From SAR86 cluster bacterium (GTDB lineage Bacteria; Pseudomonadota; Gammaproteobacteria; Magnimaribacterales; TMED112): 64,000 nt of DNA. Shown piece by piece: positions 9,218 through 20,546 of the stretch. The DNA lies in assembly GCA_023703535.1 (NCBI GenBank), contig CP097967.1:92543-156542 (forward strand). Direction: 5' to 3'. Both the position numbers and the translations under genes were made by a program. Positions within the stretch are counted from its first letter, which is position 1, and each line of letters starts with the position of its first letter. Below the pieces are notes generated by a model. It was not told where the DNA came from, made no database searches, and was given only the letters and a program-made list of their open reading frames with translations.

Positions 9218-11592
9218 TTACAAAATTTATTAATTTATCTTTTATAAATATTACTTTTTTTATTTCATTCCCTTCCAGATATTTAGAAATATTTGGATGT
9301 TTTGATACGGCTTTTTCAACGTCACTTTGATTCAGATTGACACGCAGAACTATATTTGCCCTTACTTTACCGTTTACTTGAACTAGATAATTTACTTCAC
9401 TCCTTTTTTGTTGAAAAAAATCTTCTTTTGGCCAACAAGCGCTACTAAAATTCTTTTCTAACACATCTTCGTAAAGATACTCACAAATATGTGGTGCAAT
9501 AGGAGATAAAGAAATAAGTAAAAATTCATATACTTTTAAAAATTCATTTTCGTCAGCTGTGATTTTATTTTTATCTATTCTTCTATTTAATTTATTAAAT
9601 ATTTCCATACATGATGAAACTACAGTATTAAGATTCAATCTTTTTTCGTAGTCATCATTAATTTTAATGGACAACTCTTTAATTTCTTCCTCTATGGAAG
9701 TATTTGAATCCTTAAAAGCATCCTCAGAACGATTTTTTAATCTTTTCAGAAAGTGCATATAACCTTTTTAAAAACCTATGACATCCTTCTAAACCATTAT
9801 CTGACCACTCTAGTGATTGCTCTGGTGGGCTTGCAAAGATCATAAAGGTCCTTATTGAATCTGCTCCATACAATTCAATGTATTTTTCCGGATCAACAAC
9901 ATTTCCCTTCGATTTCGACATCTTTGCACCATCCTTTAGAACCATGCCTTGAGTAAGTAATTTTTTAAATGGTTCATCTCCTTCAACTAACTTCATATCT
10001 CTAAGCACTTTATGAAAAAAACGAGCATATAGAAGATGCAATATTGCATGTTCAACTCCACCTATATATAGATCAACGGGCAGCCAATAGTTAGTATTCT
10101 CATCAAAAATTTTGTTTTTATTATCTGCAGATGTGTATCGAGCAAAATACCAAGAGGATTCAAAAAATGTGTCAAAAGTATCTGTTTCTCTTATTTCTCC
10201 GTTAGCAATATTTTTAAAGTCTTCATTTTGATCTAGTGGTTTATGATCTTTATCACCTAAAGGTAATTCAACGGGCAGATTTTGAACGGGTCTTGGTTCT
10301 CCATTTTTATAGACAATTGGAATTGGACATCCCCAGTATCTTTGTCTGCTAACACCCCAATCTCTTAGTCTGTATTGATAGAGTTCTTTTCCCACATGAT
10401 TATCACTCAACATTTTCGATATTTTTTTAAAAGCTTCATCAACATTTAAATTATTTAATTCTTGAGAATTAACTAACCTGCCATCTCCAGAATAAGGAAG
10501 TGGTTCTTCAGATTCAATTACACGTTTGATTTGAATTTTATATTTTTCAGCAAATTCAAAATCCCGCTCGTCATGTCCAGGGACTCCCATAATAGCTCCC
10601 GTTCCATAATCCATTAGGACATAATTTATTATCCATATAGGAATATTTTCATTTGTAATTGGATTGAAAACATTAAATGAAGTTTTGTAACCTAACTTTT
10701 CTGCCTTAGTTATGTCTGATTCAGCTGTAGAGCCTTTACTTTGTTCTTTGATAAAAGCGGCCAGCTTTACATCTTTTTTTGATAATTGTTCTGCTAGTGG
10801 ATGTTTAGGAGATAATCCAAAGAATGTAACTCCAAATAATGTATCAGGCCTAGTAGTAAATGCTTTCAAAGTTTTATTTTCAAAATCAGTTTTAAAATCA
10901 ATTTCTATACCTTTTGACTTCCCAATCCAGTTTTTTTGCATGTTGACTACATTTTCTGGCCAATCTATATCTTCAAGACCAGACTCAAGCTCATCTACAT
11001 ATTCGGTAATTTTTAAGAACCATGTGTCAATTTCCTTCCTTACAACATCTGCCCCAGTTCTCCATCCTTTGCCATCTATTACTTGTTCATTAGCTAATAC
11101 TGTTTTATCTATTGGATCCCAATTGACCATTGATTTTTTTCTATAAGCTAAACCTTTCTCAAACATCTTTATAAATATCTCTTGTTCAAATTTGTAGTAA
11201 GAAACATCAGAGGTATTTACTTCTTTTGACCAGTCATAGCTAAATCCTAATGACTTTAATTGTTTCGTCATGTGTTTAATATTTTCATCTGTCCATTTTT
11301 TAGGATGTATTTTTTTATCTAATGCCGCATTTTCTGCTGGTAAACCAAATGCATCCCAGCCCATTGGTTGCAAAACATTGAATCCTTTAAGTCTTTTATA
11401 CCTTGAAATAGCATCACCAATTGTATAGTTCCTGACATGACCCATGTGAAGATTTCCTGAAGGATATGGCAACATTGATAAGCAATAAAATTTTGGTTTG
11501 TTTTGATCTATTTCAGCTTTGTAAGTATTTTGCTGATGCCATTTTTTCTGAGCTTCCAACTCAATTTGTTTAAAGTTATAAATATCACTCAT
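9210..11592 (-). CDS. leuS: Leucine-tRNA ligase, interrupted by a 1-nt frameshift (ORFs 9724..11592 and 9210..9758)
   Basis: HMGH (HIGH) and KMSKS motifs in the long ORF, anticodon-binding/C-terminal domain (QVNGKVR) in the short ORF; deleting one T of the T6 run at 9733-9738 gives a single 793-aa ORF. Confidence 0.93.
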
Positions 11593-12932
11593 TTAATAAT
11601 TTTCTCCTCAAGATATTTAATATAATAATCAAGGTTTAAAAAGCCTTTATCTTCTAAAATTCTTTGATGTAGATTTTGATTGGTTTTAATCCCTTCAACA
11701 ACTAACTCTTGTAAGGCAACCCGCATTTTATTAATCACCCTATCTCTATCCTTATCTTTGACAATTACTTCAGCTATAAGAGAATCATAGTTTGCTGGCA
11801 CTTGATATCCAGAATAGATTTGTGACTCAAATCTTACATGATAACCTCCTGGTCTGTGCACTCTCTCTATTCGGCCTGGAGAGGGAACAAATGTTTCTGG
11901 ATCTTCAGCGTTTATTCTGCATTGCATAGCATGTCCGTTAACTTTTAAATCCTCTTGTTTGAAATCATATTTATTTTCAAGTGCAAGAAGTAATTGAGCT
12001 TGAACTAAATCTACACCCGTAATCATCTCAGTAACTGTATGTTCCACTTGAATTCTTGTGTTCATTTCAATGAAATAAAAATCATTATTTTCATACAGGA
12101 ATTCAATGGTTCCTGCACCCTCATAATTTAGTTTTTTACAAGCTTCTACTGATAGGTTTTGAATTTCCTCTAATTTTTGATTATCTATATTGAGGGCAGG
12201 GGCTTCTTCAACAATTTTTTGATATTTTCTTTGCAAAGAGCAATCTCTAGTAAATAAATGTACTGCCTCACCCTTACCATTACCAAAAATTTGTACTTCA
12301 ATGTGCCTTGGTTTTTTTAAATATTTTTCAATAAAAATTTTTCCATCTCCAAAAGCTAATTCAGCTTCATTTTGTGCAGATTGGATTGATTGCCATAACT
12401 CATCCGATGAATTAACAACTCTCATACCTCTTCCTCCTCCACCTGCAGAAGCTTTAATGATTACTGGATAGCCAATCTCTTCAACAATTTTAATTGCTTC
12501 ATTTTCAGTAGAAATTTCTCCCTCATATCCAGGTACTACAGGTATATTCAAAGATTTTGCTAATTCTTTAGCTTTAATTTTGTCGCCCATAATTGCTATT
12601 ACTTCTGGGTCAGGTCCAATAAACTTAAAACCACTTTCTCTGCACTTTTCAGCAAAAGAAGCATTTTCTGCTAGAAAACCAAAACCAGGATAAATTGCAT
12701 CAGCACCTGATAATTCTGCGGCTGAAATTATTGCTGCTTCATTAAGATAGCTATCTTTAGTCTCAGGAGGGCCAATACAGATTGCCTCATCCGATAGCTT
12801 TAAGTGTTTTTGGTCTCGGTCTATCGTAGAGTAAACAGATGCAACTGAGTATCCCAACTCTCTTGCGGCACGTAGTGCTCTTATTGCAATAACGCCTCGG
12901 TTAGCAATTAGAATTTTTTTAGATTGTTTCAA
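11589..12932 (-). CDS. accC: Acetyl-CoA carboxylase biotin carboxylase subunit
   Basis: [31 protein letters not shown]. Confidence 0.96.
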   Translation of the reverse strand: MKQSKKILIANRGVIAIRALRAARELGYSVASVYSTIDRDQKHLKLSDEAICIGPPETKDSYLNEAAIISAAELSGADAIYPGFGFLAENASFAEKCRESGFKFIGPDPEVIAIMGDKIKAKELAKSLNIPVVPGYEGEISTENEAIKIVEEIGYPVIIKASAGGGGRGMRVVNSSDELWQSIQSAQNEAELAFGDGKIFIEKYLKKPRHIEVQIFGNGKGEAVHLFTRDCSLQRKYQKIVEEAPALNIDNQKLEEIQNLSVEACKKLNYEGAGTIEFLYENNDFYFIEMNTRIQVEHTVTEMITGVDLVQAQLLLALENKYDFKQEDLKVNGHAMQCRINAEDPETFVPSPGRIERVHRPGGYHVRFESQIYSGYQVPANYDSLIAEVIVKDKDRDRVINKMRVALQELVVEGIKTNQNLHQRILEDKGFLNLDYYIKYLEEKIIK

Positions 12933-13353
12933 TTGATACTAATGATTCGTTGAATTCTACTGGTTGTCCATTTTCAACTTTTATATCCACTATTTTTCCA
13001 TCAAATTCAGATTTAACTTGGTTCATCATTTTCATGGCTTCAATTATGCAGATAGTGTCTCCTTTTTTTACCCTTTGTCCAATTTCAACAAATGGCGGTT
13101 TACCCGGTGCTGGACTTCTATAAAAAGTACCAACCATTGGAGATTGAATAAAAGATAAATTTTCTTCAGGTTCGTCTACATTATCCACTATCTCCTTGCT
13201 TTGCACCTGCGGTGCAACTATCTGTTGAGGAATTTCAACATCACCTTTTTTTCTATTTATTCGAACACTTTCTTCACCCTCTTTAACTTCAATTTCATTT
13301 AAATCAGATTCTTGAAGCATTTCGATGAGTTTTTTAATTTTTCTAAGATCCAT
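12919..13353 (-). CDS. accB: Biotin carboxyl carrier protein
   Basis: MDLRKIKKLI start, SPMVGTFY, EAMKMMN biotinylation motif. Confidence 0.97.
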   Translation of the reverse strand: MDLRKIKKLIEMLQESDLNEIEVKEGEESVRINRKKGDVEIPQQIVAPQVQSKEIVDNVDEPEENLSFIQSPMVGTFYRSPAPGKPPFVEIGQRVKKGDTICIIEAMKMMNQVKSEFDGKIVDIKVENGQPVEFNESLVSIETI

Positions 13354-13777
13354 CTTTACCTCTCATAATTTTATCTAGAGCAAATTCATACCCATCAAAA
13401 CCAAAACCTACAATTGAACCTACAGCTATGTCATTAAAAAAAGATTTATGCCTAAATTCTTCTCGAGCATAAACATTTGATATGTGTACTTCATAAAATG
13501 GTAGCTTTACTGAAAGTATCGCATCTCTTATAGCAATACTAGTATGAGTAAAAGCACCAAAATTAAAAATACCATAGCTGTAATTTTCAGTTTTTTGTGA
13601 GTGAATCTTTTCAATAATCTCTTTTTCAGAATTACTTTGAAAAAATTCTAAATTTACATCATGTTTTTTCCCAACTAACATGCTCTCTAAATCGCTTAAT
13701 GATTTGTTTCCATAAACATCAGTCTCACGACTTCCAAGCATATTTAAGTTAGGTCCATTTATTATCAAAATTTTCAT
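13343..13777 (-). CDS. aroQ: Type II 3-dehydroquinate dehydratase
   Basis: NGPNLNMLGSRE, THTSIAIRDA, EVHISN. Confidence 0.96.
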   Translation of the reverse strand: MKILIINGPNLNMLGSRETDVYGNKSLSDLESMLVGKKHDVNLEFFQSNSEKEIIEKIHSQKTENYSYGIFNFGAFTHTSIAIRDAILSVKLPFYEVHISNVYAREEFRHKSFFNDIAVGSIVGFGFDGYEFALDKIMRGKDGS

Positions 13778-13918
13778 TTAAATGATTTTAAAAGATTTTA
13801 ATGACATTTTCAAAGAAAATAAAGACTTTTAATAATATGATTTTTTATTTTTTTTGTTTATTTGTGCTTAAAAATGAAATTTATTTAGTTTTTATAGCTT
13901 GGAAATTACAATCTAGGC

Positions 13919-13924
13919 TATAAT
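13919..13924 (+). promoter_or_regulatory. Probable sigma70 -10 box of hemB
   Basis: TATAAT 12 nt upstream of the hemB ATG. Confidence 0.55.
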
Positions 13925-13936
13925 TACCCTCCTTAA

Positions 13937-14923
13937 ATGATAACAAGAAACTTTCCAAAAACCAGAGCTAGAAGACTCAGAAAAAATTCTGTGATTAGAG
14001 ATTTAATTTCAGAAACATCTTTAAATAATAAAAAACTAATTCAACCATTGTTTGTTTCTGACACAGTTAAAGGAGTGGAAGAAATTAGTTCGATGCCAAA
14101 TCAATTTAGATTTGATCAGAATTCAGTTTTAAAAGAAATTGAAGAACTGAAAGGACTTGGTATAAACTCAATTGCTTTGTTTCCACATCTCAAGTCTATT
14201 GAAAAGGATAATGAGGGTTCTGAGGCACTAAATCCAGAAAATTTTTTATGCGACACACTCAAAAAAATAAAACAACATTTTCCTGATTTAGTTGTGATTG
14301 TTGACGTCGCATTAGATCCCTATACAACTTCAGGGCATGATGGAATTTTAAAAGACGGAAAAGTTGATAATGACCTCACTCTTGATGCGCTTTCTAAGAT
14401 GTCAATTACACTCACTCATTCTGGAGCTGATATTCTTGCACCATCGGATATGATGGACGGTAGAATTGGATATATTAGAGATGAGTTAGAGAAGAATGAT
14501 TTCAAAGATACTGTTATTCTTAGTTACGCCGTAAAATACGCCTCTAGTTATTACGGGCCATTCAGAGATGCAGTAGGCTCTAAGCAGAAAGAGGGGATAT
14601 CAAAAAAAACCTATCAAATGGATTTTAGAAATTCAAAAGAAGCAAGAAAAGAAGTTGAATTAGACATACAAGAGGGTGCTGACATATTGATGGTTAAACC
14701 CGCACTTCCAAATTTAGATGTTATCAAAGTTGTTTCAGAGGAATACGATTTACCTGTATTTGCATATCAAGTGAGTGGAGAGTATTCAATGCTGATGAAT
14801 GGTATTGACAAAAATTTATTCGACTCTAATGTAATACCTGAAACTCTAGTGAGTATATTTAGAGCTGGTAGTTCATCAGTATTAACATACTTCGCTAAGT
14901 GGATCGCAGAAAATAATGGCTAA
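13937..14923 (+). CDS. hemB: Porphobilinogen synthase
   Basis: DVALDPYT, APSDMMDGR, YYGPFRDA, MVKPA, YQVSGEY. Confidence 0.97.
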   Translation: MITRNFPKTRARRLRKNSVIRDLISETSLNNKKLIQPLFVSDTVKGVEEISSMPNQFRFDQNSVLKEIEELKGLGINSIALFPHLKSIEKDNEGSEALNPENFLCDTLKKIKQHFPDLVVIVDVALDPYTTSGHDGILKDGKVDNDLTLDALSKMSITLTHSGADILAPSDMMDGRIGYIRDELEKNDFKDTVILSYAVKYASSYYGPFRDAVGSKQKEGISKKTYQMDFRNSKEARKEVELDIQEGADILMVKPALPNLDVIKVVSEEYDLPVFAYQVSGEYSMLMNGIDKNLFDSNVIPETLVSIFRAGSSSVLTYFAKWIAENNG

Positions 14924-15233
14924 CGATATTAATAAAGATAATTTTTCCTCGGAGGTCTTGGAAAACGATAAATTAGTCCTAGTAGATTTTTGGGCTGAAT
15001 GGTGTGGACCATGCAAACAAATTTCTCCAAGACTTGAAGAATTAGCTAATAAATACTCAGAAAATCTAACGGTATGTAAAGTAAATGTTGATGAGAATAG
15101 AGAATTAGCTATTGAATATAATATTAGAAGTATCCCTGCTTTGATTATTTTTAAGAGTGGTGAGATGGTTGATAGTCTAATTGGGGCAGTGAGTTTAGAA
15201 GAGTTGGAAGATCTTGTAACTAGAAATCTATAA
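14916..15233 (+). CDS. trxA: Thioredoxin
   Basis: WAEWCGPCK; directly upstream of rho. Confidence 0.96.
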   Translation: MANDINKDNFSSEVLENDKLVLVDFWAEWCGPCKQISPRLEELANKYSENLTVCKVNVDENRELAIEYNIRSIPALIIFKSGEMVDSLIGAVSLEELEDLVTRNL

Positions 15234-15302
15234 AACTTTACAAAAAAATTTAAACTGTTATCTTATACGAATCTTCACATCTCAAATTCCAATTTTTAGA
15301 AA

Positions 15303-16571
15303 ATGAATGCATTAGAATTAAAACAAAAAAACACTAAAGAACTGTTAGAAATTGCTGAAGGTCATGGTTTAAAGCACGTCTCCAGACAGAAAAAAGCAGA
15401 CATAATTTTTAATATTCTTAAAACAATCTCTTCTGATGGGAAAGAGTTATTAGGAGGTGGAATCCTAGAAACCTTACCTGATGGGTTTGGTTTTTTGAGA
15501 TCTCCTTGGGGCTCTTATCTTGCAGGGCCAGATGATGTTTATGTTTCACCAAGTCAAATAAGAAAATTTAACTTAAGAACAGGTGATTTTGTAGTAGGAA
15601 ATATAAGACCACCAAGAGAGCAAGAAAGATATTTTGCCTTAGTACAGGTAGAGACAATTAATGATAATGAGCCTAAGAAAAGTCAAGAAAAAATAGCTTT
15701 TGAAAATTTAACTCCTTTGTTTCCAGACTCTAGACTAAAACTTGAAACTGGTTCAGGAAGTTCTGAAGATATTTCACCAAGAATAATTGATCTTGTAGCA
15801 CCAATTGGAAAAGGGCAGAGAGGTTTGATTGTGTCTCCTCCTAAAGCTGGTAAGACATTACTTTTACAAAATCTTGCTCAGTCAATTATTAAAAATAGTC
15901 CTGATGTGCATGTGATAGTTTTACTTATTGATGAGAGGCCTGAAGAAGTTACAGATATGCAAAGGTCTGTAGATGCAGAAGTTGTAGCGAGCACTTTTGA
16001 TGAATCTCCACAAAGACATGTTCAAGTTGCAGATCTTGTTATAGAGAAAGCAAAAAGACTTGTTGAGCATAAAAAAGATGTAGTGATTTTGCTCGACTCA
16101 ATTACTAGACTTGGTCGTGCATACAACACAGTTCAGCCTGCTAGTGGAAAGATTTTAACAGGTGGTGTTGATTCAAACGCTTTAGAAAGACCAAAAAGAT
16201 TTTACGGTGCAGCAAGAAATGTTGAAGAGGGAGGTAGCTTAACAATTTTAGCTACAGCTCTTGTTGAAACAGGTTCAAAAATGGATGAAGTTATTTATGA
16301 GGAATTTAAAGGCACAGGAAATATGGAAGTTCATTTAGAACGGAAAATTGCTGAAAGAAGAATCTTCCCTGCTATAAATATTCTTCGATCAGGTACAAGA
16401 AGAGAAGACCTATTAACAGAAGAAACAGAATTACAAAGAATGGTAGCTTTAAGAAAGGTCGTAAGCGATATGGAAGAAGTTGCTGCCACTGAATTTTTGA
16501 TTTCTAAACTTAAAAACACAAAAACTAATGAAGAATTCTTTTCTTCAATGACAAAACCAAAAGCTAAATAA
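15303..16571 (+). CDS. rho: Transcription termination factor Rho
   Basis: [35 protein letters not shown]. Confidence 0.98.
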   Translation: MNALELKQKNTKELLEIAEGHGLKHVSRQKKADIIFNILKTISSDGKELLGGGILETLPDGFGFLRSPWGSYLAGPDDVYVSPSQIRKFNLRTGDFVVGNIRPPREQERYFALVQVETINDNEPKKSQEKIAFENLTPLFPDSRLKLETGSGSSEDISPRIIDLVAPIGKGQRGLIVSPPKAGKTLLLQNLAQSIIKNSPDVHVIVLLIDERPEEVTDMQRSVDAEVVASTFDESPQRHVQVADLVIEKAKRLVEHKKDVVILLDSITRLGRAYNTVQPASGKILTGGVDSNALERPKRFYGAARNVEEGGSLTILATALVETGSKMDEVIYEEFKGTGNMEVHLERKIAERRIFPAINILRSGTRREDLLTEETELQRMVALRKVVSDMEEVAATEFLISKLKNTKTNEEFFSSMTKPKAK

Positions 16572-17214
16572 TTTCTTTTATTTTTTTCTCTAAGTTATCA
16601 GAAAAATAATCTAACAATTTTATTTTGAATCCAAGTGACTCAACATAATTATTGATACGAGGCGATATACCTAAGAAGGTTTTTTGATGGGTGAAATTTA
16701 TCTCCTTGAAATAAATTTCAGCAGAGAATTTACTTGGAAAAATAATAATATTTGCACTTTCAAAATCTTCTTTTAAATGCTCATAATTCTGGAATTTTTC
16801 TCTTTTATAACAACAAATTTGTTTTACATTTTTACCCATTTCTTCAAGCTCATTTTCAATTTGGTCTAACCCACCCTCTCCTTTAACAATTAAATAATCA
16901 TCTCCTTTAGAATTCTCTTTTATTGTTTCCATCAATCCATCAGAGCCAGGGGAAGTTGGTATTTTTGCCACTAAATTGCTTTGAAGAAGAGTTGCTTCAG
17001 TGCCTTTACCCATAGCAAAAATTTGTTTATCTTGCAGTGAACTTAGATCTCTGAAATTTTCAACAGCTGGACTACTTTGAAAAATAATATTTTGAAAATT
17101 TTTATCTTCAAAGGAATATTCAATCGGAACTAACTTGAATAATGGAATATTTTTAATTGAATTCATTTCTACGAATTCAAAATTTCCTTTAGCTCTTGTA
17201 TCAATTATGTTCAT
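16564..17214 (-). CDS. hemD: Uroporphyrinogen-III synthase (diverged)
   Basis: FQSSPAV, GKGT, KGEGG, YKR, FPS motifs; downstream of hemC. Confidence 0.75.
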   Translation of the reverse strand: MNIIDTRAKGNFEFVEMNSIKNIPLFKLVPIEYSFEDKNFQNIIFQSSPAVENFRDLSSLQDKQIFAMGKGTEATLLQSNLVAKIPTSPGSDGLMETIKENSKGDDYLIVKGEGGLDQIENELEEMGKNVKQICCYKREKFQNYEHLKEDFESANIIIFPSKFSAEIYFKEINFTHQKTFLGISPRINNYVESLGFKIKLLDYFSDNLEKKIKEII

Positions 17215-18109
17215 CTAATAATTTTTTTGCATTATTTCTATTAAACTCTTCAGTAGCAAGTTCAATTAATTTTTGAGGGTCTGAATGTGTTTTTTCTGCA
17301 GAAAAAAATTCATTTTTACCGAATACTTGAAAAGTTAGTTTATGCTCTCCATTCGCTATTCTGCCATTGCTTACTGACCTTACAGAAATTGCTGAATTGC
17401 AATCAGCATTAATATTCCTTAAAAAACTTTTATATATGTCCATACCTAGCTTATGTATTTTATATTTATCTTTATCAAAAAAATTGTTAAGCATTTTAGA
17501 AATATCTGTTCCTTTCAGGCACTGAAGACAAATTAAGCCTTGTGCGCTTGGAGTAAGAAAATCAAGATTGTAAGAATTAAGATTAAAACCAAGTCTAGTG
17601 CAGCCGGCATTTGCCAGAATGATACAGTCATACTCACCGGAATTAAGTTTCCAAATTCTAGTATCAATATTTCCATTTAAAGAAAAAATTTTTTCAGCGC
17701 CTAACAAAAATTTAGCTTGCATCTTTCGTCTTAAACTCGAGGTTCCAAGAATCATTTCTGAAGAAAATTTTTTTTTATTTTTATCTCTGAAAATAATCCT
17801 ATCAGATGACCACGTAGAGATATCATCTGTGCTTTCTCTTAGATAAAAATAATCAAATTCTTTACTCTCTGTAGCTGGCAGATCTTTTGCAGAGTGTACA
17901 GCAATGTCGATATCTCCAGAGGAGATTTTTTCTTCGATATCTTGAACAAAATTCAATTTATCAAACTGCGTTCTACCTTTTGCACTCTCTTTATCTCCTT
18001 TAGTGACAATTTTTTCTGTTACATAATCTTCAATTCCAATTTCTTCCATTGAAATTTCAACTTGCTTTAAAGCTAAACTAGAACTTCTCGATCCAATCCT
18101 AATATTCAT
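17201..18109 (-). CDS. hemC: Hydroxymethylbilane synthase
   Basis: IGSRSSSLALKQ, DIAVHSAKDLP, GTSSLRR, GNIDTR. Confidence 0.93.
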   Translation of the reverse strand: MNIRIGSRSSSLALKQVEISMEEIGIEDYVTEKIVTKGDKESAKGRTQFDKLNFVQDIEEKISSGDIDIAVHSAKDLPATESKEFDYFYLRESTDDISTWSSDRIIFRDKNKKKFSSEMILGTSSLRRKMQAKFLLGAEKIFSLNGNIDTRIWKLNSGEYDCIILANAGCTRLGFNLNSYNLDFLTPSAQGLICLQCLKGTDISKMLNNFFDKDKYKIHKLGMDIYKSFLRNINADCNSAISVRSVSNGRIANGEHKLTFQVFGKNEFFSAEKTHSDPQKLIELATEEFNRNNAKKLLDEHN

Positions 18110-18660
18110 TTATTCACAGTAAATATTGATCCTAAAGCGTCACCAGTTTTTGATGTTTTAAGCATTTTTAAATTTTGATTTTTAAGCACTTTATCATGTG
18201 CTGATTGTTCCACATAAATTATTGTTCCTGATAGAGAAACTCTATCTATAACTTTACATAAAAAATCACCATAATAGTCCCTTGCATAAGGTGGATCAAA
18301 GAAAATAATGTTAAATCCTTTTTCTTTAAATCTTCTTACAAAATCTTCTGCTCTAGTTCTATGAAGCTTTGATTTATCTACAACATTTAAGGAAGAAATA
18401 TTATCTTTTAAATTTTTATAGAGACTAGGGTTTTGTTCAATAAAAGTACAAGATTTTGCTCCATTAGAAATGGCCTCAATGCCTAAAGAACCTGAACCTG
18501 CAAAAAGATCTAAACATTCAGAATTTTCAATATTAGGTTTAAGCCATGAAAAAATTTTTTCTCTAAGTTTTTCTGGAGTGGGCTTTAGATTAGCGTTCTT
18601 CGATGTTTTGATTCTTCTACTACCTAGAGTGCCTGAGATGATTCTTAATTTACTGCTCAT
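18106..18660 (-). CDS. rsmD: 16S rRNA (guanine966-N2)-methyltransferase
   Basis: LRIISG, LDLFAGSGSLGIEAISNGA, FFDPPY. Confidence 0.93.
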   Translation of the reverse strand: MSSKLRIISGTLGSRRIKTSKNANLKPTPEKLREKIFSWLKPNIENSECLDLFAGSGSLGIEAISNGAKSCTFIEQNPSLYKNLKDNISSLNVVDKSKLHRTRAEDFVRRFKEKGFNIIFFDPPYARDYYGDFLCKVIDRVSLSGTIIYVEQSAHDKVLKNQNLKMLKTSKTGDALGSIFTVNK

Positions 18661-18872
18661 TTCGAGCAATTATTTTTACAGATAAAGGTATTGTCTTTTT
18701 CAGTTAAGTCATCAATGGATTTAAATACTCCACACTTTTGACACTCTTGCACTTCTGCAACCTTACTATTTTTTTTGGCATTAAGGATAAAATTCTGAAC
18801 AAGGCGTTTTACAAGCATTCTTATAAGGAAATAAGCGATAGGTGCAATTACACCCACAACGATAAAATTCAT
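18657..18872 (-). CDS. Small membrane-anchored Cys-motif hypothetical protein (PP0621-like)
   Basis: N-terminal TM helix, CQKCG and C-terminal CKNNC; stop/start-coupled between bamD and rsmD. Confidence 0.6.
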   Translation of the reverse strand: MNFIVVGVIAPIAYFLIRMLVKRLVQNFILNAKKNSKVAEVQECQKCGVFKSIDDLTEKDNTFICKNNCSK

Positions 18873-18873
18873 A

Positions 18874-19596
18874 TTAGTTTACTTCTTCAAGAGCTTTTAC
18901 TTTGTCAGCGTAGTCTTTATAGCCAAGTTTTGTATAAGCCTCTCTCATTATTTTAAGAGCACGTTTTTTTTCTGAAGTATTGGGCATATTCTTGATAATA
19001 TAGGTAGCTCTATTTAGTGCAGCAACATAAGCCCCTCTTTTCAAGTAATATTCAGCACTATCAAGTTCATTGCTAGCTATTAGATTCCTTAAAAAAACTA
19101 ATCTTGATCTAGCTTCATCTACATAATCACTTTCAGGATATCTAATTAAGAATTCTGTAAGATCAGCAAAAGATTTTTTTGCACCCGTCACATCTCTTTT
19201 TGCTAGATTTAATGTTAAAAAATCACTAAATAGACCATCATCAGCATAGTATCCAGTCATTCCTTTCATAAAATAGGCATAATCTATATTTGTATTCCTA
19301 GGATAGAGACGAATGAATTTTTCAGCTGCTGCATAAGAGGCATCAAAATTGCCTGTCATGTAGTGTACATAAATTAAATCTGCTCTTGCTTGCTCAGCAT
19401 AAACACCAAATGGATAAGATCTTTCGATTCTAAATAGGGCTTCAGCAGCACCAGTATAATTTCTGGAACTGATTCTACTTTGCGCAAGATTATAGAGACT
19501 CACTTCAGGTGTGTCTGCTTCTTCTTTCTTATCATTTGAGGAGCAGCCTCCAAGCCAGAGACCTGCCAAAATCAATAAAAGGTATTTATATCTCAT
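18874..19596 (-). CDS. bamD: Outer membrane protein assembly lipoprotein BamD
   Basis: Lipobox LGGC, TPR pattern YPFGVYAEQA, YPESDY, YYLKRGAYVAALNR; divergent from rluD. Confidence 0.94.
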   Translation of the reverse strand: MRYKYLLLILAGLWLGGCSSNDKKEEADTPEVSLYNLAQSRISSRNYTGAAEALFRIERSYPFGVYAEQARADLIYVHYMTGNFDASYAAAEKFIRLYPRNTNIDYAYFMKGMTGYYADDGLFSDFLTLNLAKRDVTGAKKSFADLTEFLIRYPESDYVDEARSRLVFLRNLIASNELDSAEYYLKRGAYVAALNRATYIIKNMPNTSEKKRALKIMREAYTKLGYKDYADKVKALEEVN

Positions 19597-19626
19597 TTAA
19601 AATTTTTTGCTTTAAACTAAAAAGTA

Positions 19627-20544
19627 ATGATAACAAAAACTTTTAATATTGACGAAGCCAATATTAACAAGAGGCTTGATTCATTTCTTTCTGATATTTT
19701 GGACGATATTTCAAGAGGATTAGTTCAACAATTAATTGAACAAGGTAATGTATTGGTAAATGATCTTGAAGTTAAAAAAAATTATAAACTGCGGTTAAAT
19801 GATCAAATTCAAGTCATTTTACAATTTCCAGAAGTTATTGAAGATGAGTCTCAAAACATTCCTTTAGATATAGTTTTCGAAAATGAAGATTTTTACATCA
19901 TCAATAAACAAGCAGGGCTTACAGTTCATCCAGGAGCTGGCCAAAAAGATAACACTTTGCTAAATGGGCTTTTGCATTTAAATAAAAAAGCTTGTGAACT
20001 TTCAAGATGTGGCATAGTTCATAGATTGGACAAAGAGACAAGTGGTTTAATGGTTGTAGCAAAAAATCATAGTTCTCAAACAATACTTACCAATTTAATA
20101 AAAGACAGAGCTATTGAAAGAAAATATTATGCACTGGTCCACGGAAATGTAATTTCTGGCGGGACTATTGATGAGCCCATTGAAAGACATCCAAAAAATA
20201 GATTGATTTTTACTGTTGATCAGGAGGGAAAAGAATCAAAAACTCACTACCTTGTAAAAGAGAGGTATGAAAATTTTTCCCTACTTGATGTGAAATTAGA
20301 GACTGGCAGAACACATCAAATAAGAGTTCATCTAAAACACATCGGTTTTCCTATTGCAGGTGATAAGCAATATACAAAGATTTCTAACTGGAAGGGAAGT
20401 TCAGAAAAAGAACTTAATGTTATCAATTCTCTTAAAGGGCAATTTTTACATGCTTACAGCTTGGCCTTTTTATTTAAAAATGAGAGCTTTTCATTTTCTG
20501 CAGAATTGCCAGATTACCTTACAACAGTATTAAAAGACCTCTAA
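19627..20544 (+). CDS. rluD: 23S rRNA pseudouridine synthase RluD
   Basis: S4 domain, GIVHRLDKETSG, TGRTHQIRVH. Confidence 0.95.
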   Translation: MITKTFNIDEANINKRLDSFLSDILDDISRGLVQQLIEQGNVLVNDLEVKKNYKLRLNDQIQVILQFPEVIEDESQNIPLDIVFENEDFYIINKQAGLTVHPGAGQKDNTLLNGLLHLNKKACELSRCGIVHRLDKETSGLMVVAKNHSSQTILTNLIKDRAIERKYYALVHGNVISGGTIDEPIERHPKNRLIFTVDQEGKESKTHYLVKERYENFSLLDVKLETGRTHQIRVHLKHIGFPIAGDKQYTKISNWKGSSEKELNVINSLKGQFLHAYSLAFLFKNESFSFSAELPDYLTTVLKDL

Positions 20545-20546
20545 AA

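Noticed and set aside
9724-9726. TGA readthrough or alternative genetic code explaining split leuS
   Set aside because: The continuation is in another frame; TGA serves as a normal stop elsewhere (rsfS, rodA, coaE) and tRNA-Trp has anticodon CCA
13778-13936. 159-bp very AT-rich gap as a possible sRNA or riboswitch
   Set aside because: No stable hairpin seen; explained by the divergent aroQ and hemB promoters
224-20000. Short nested or antisense ORFs (224, 1759, 2401, 5263, 7495, 8563, 10712, 12964, 16331, 17598, 18470, 18738)
   Set aside because: Overlap clearly identified core genes; antisense-codon composition and no motifs
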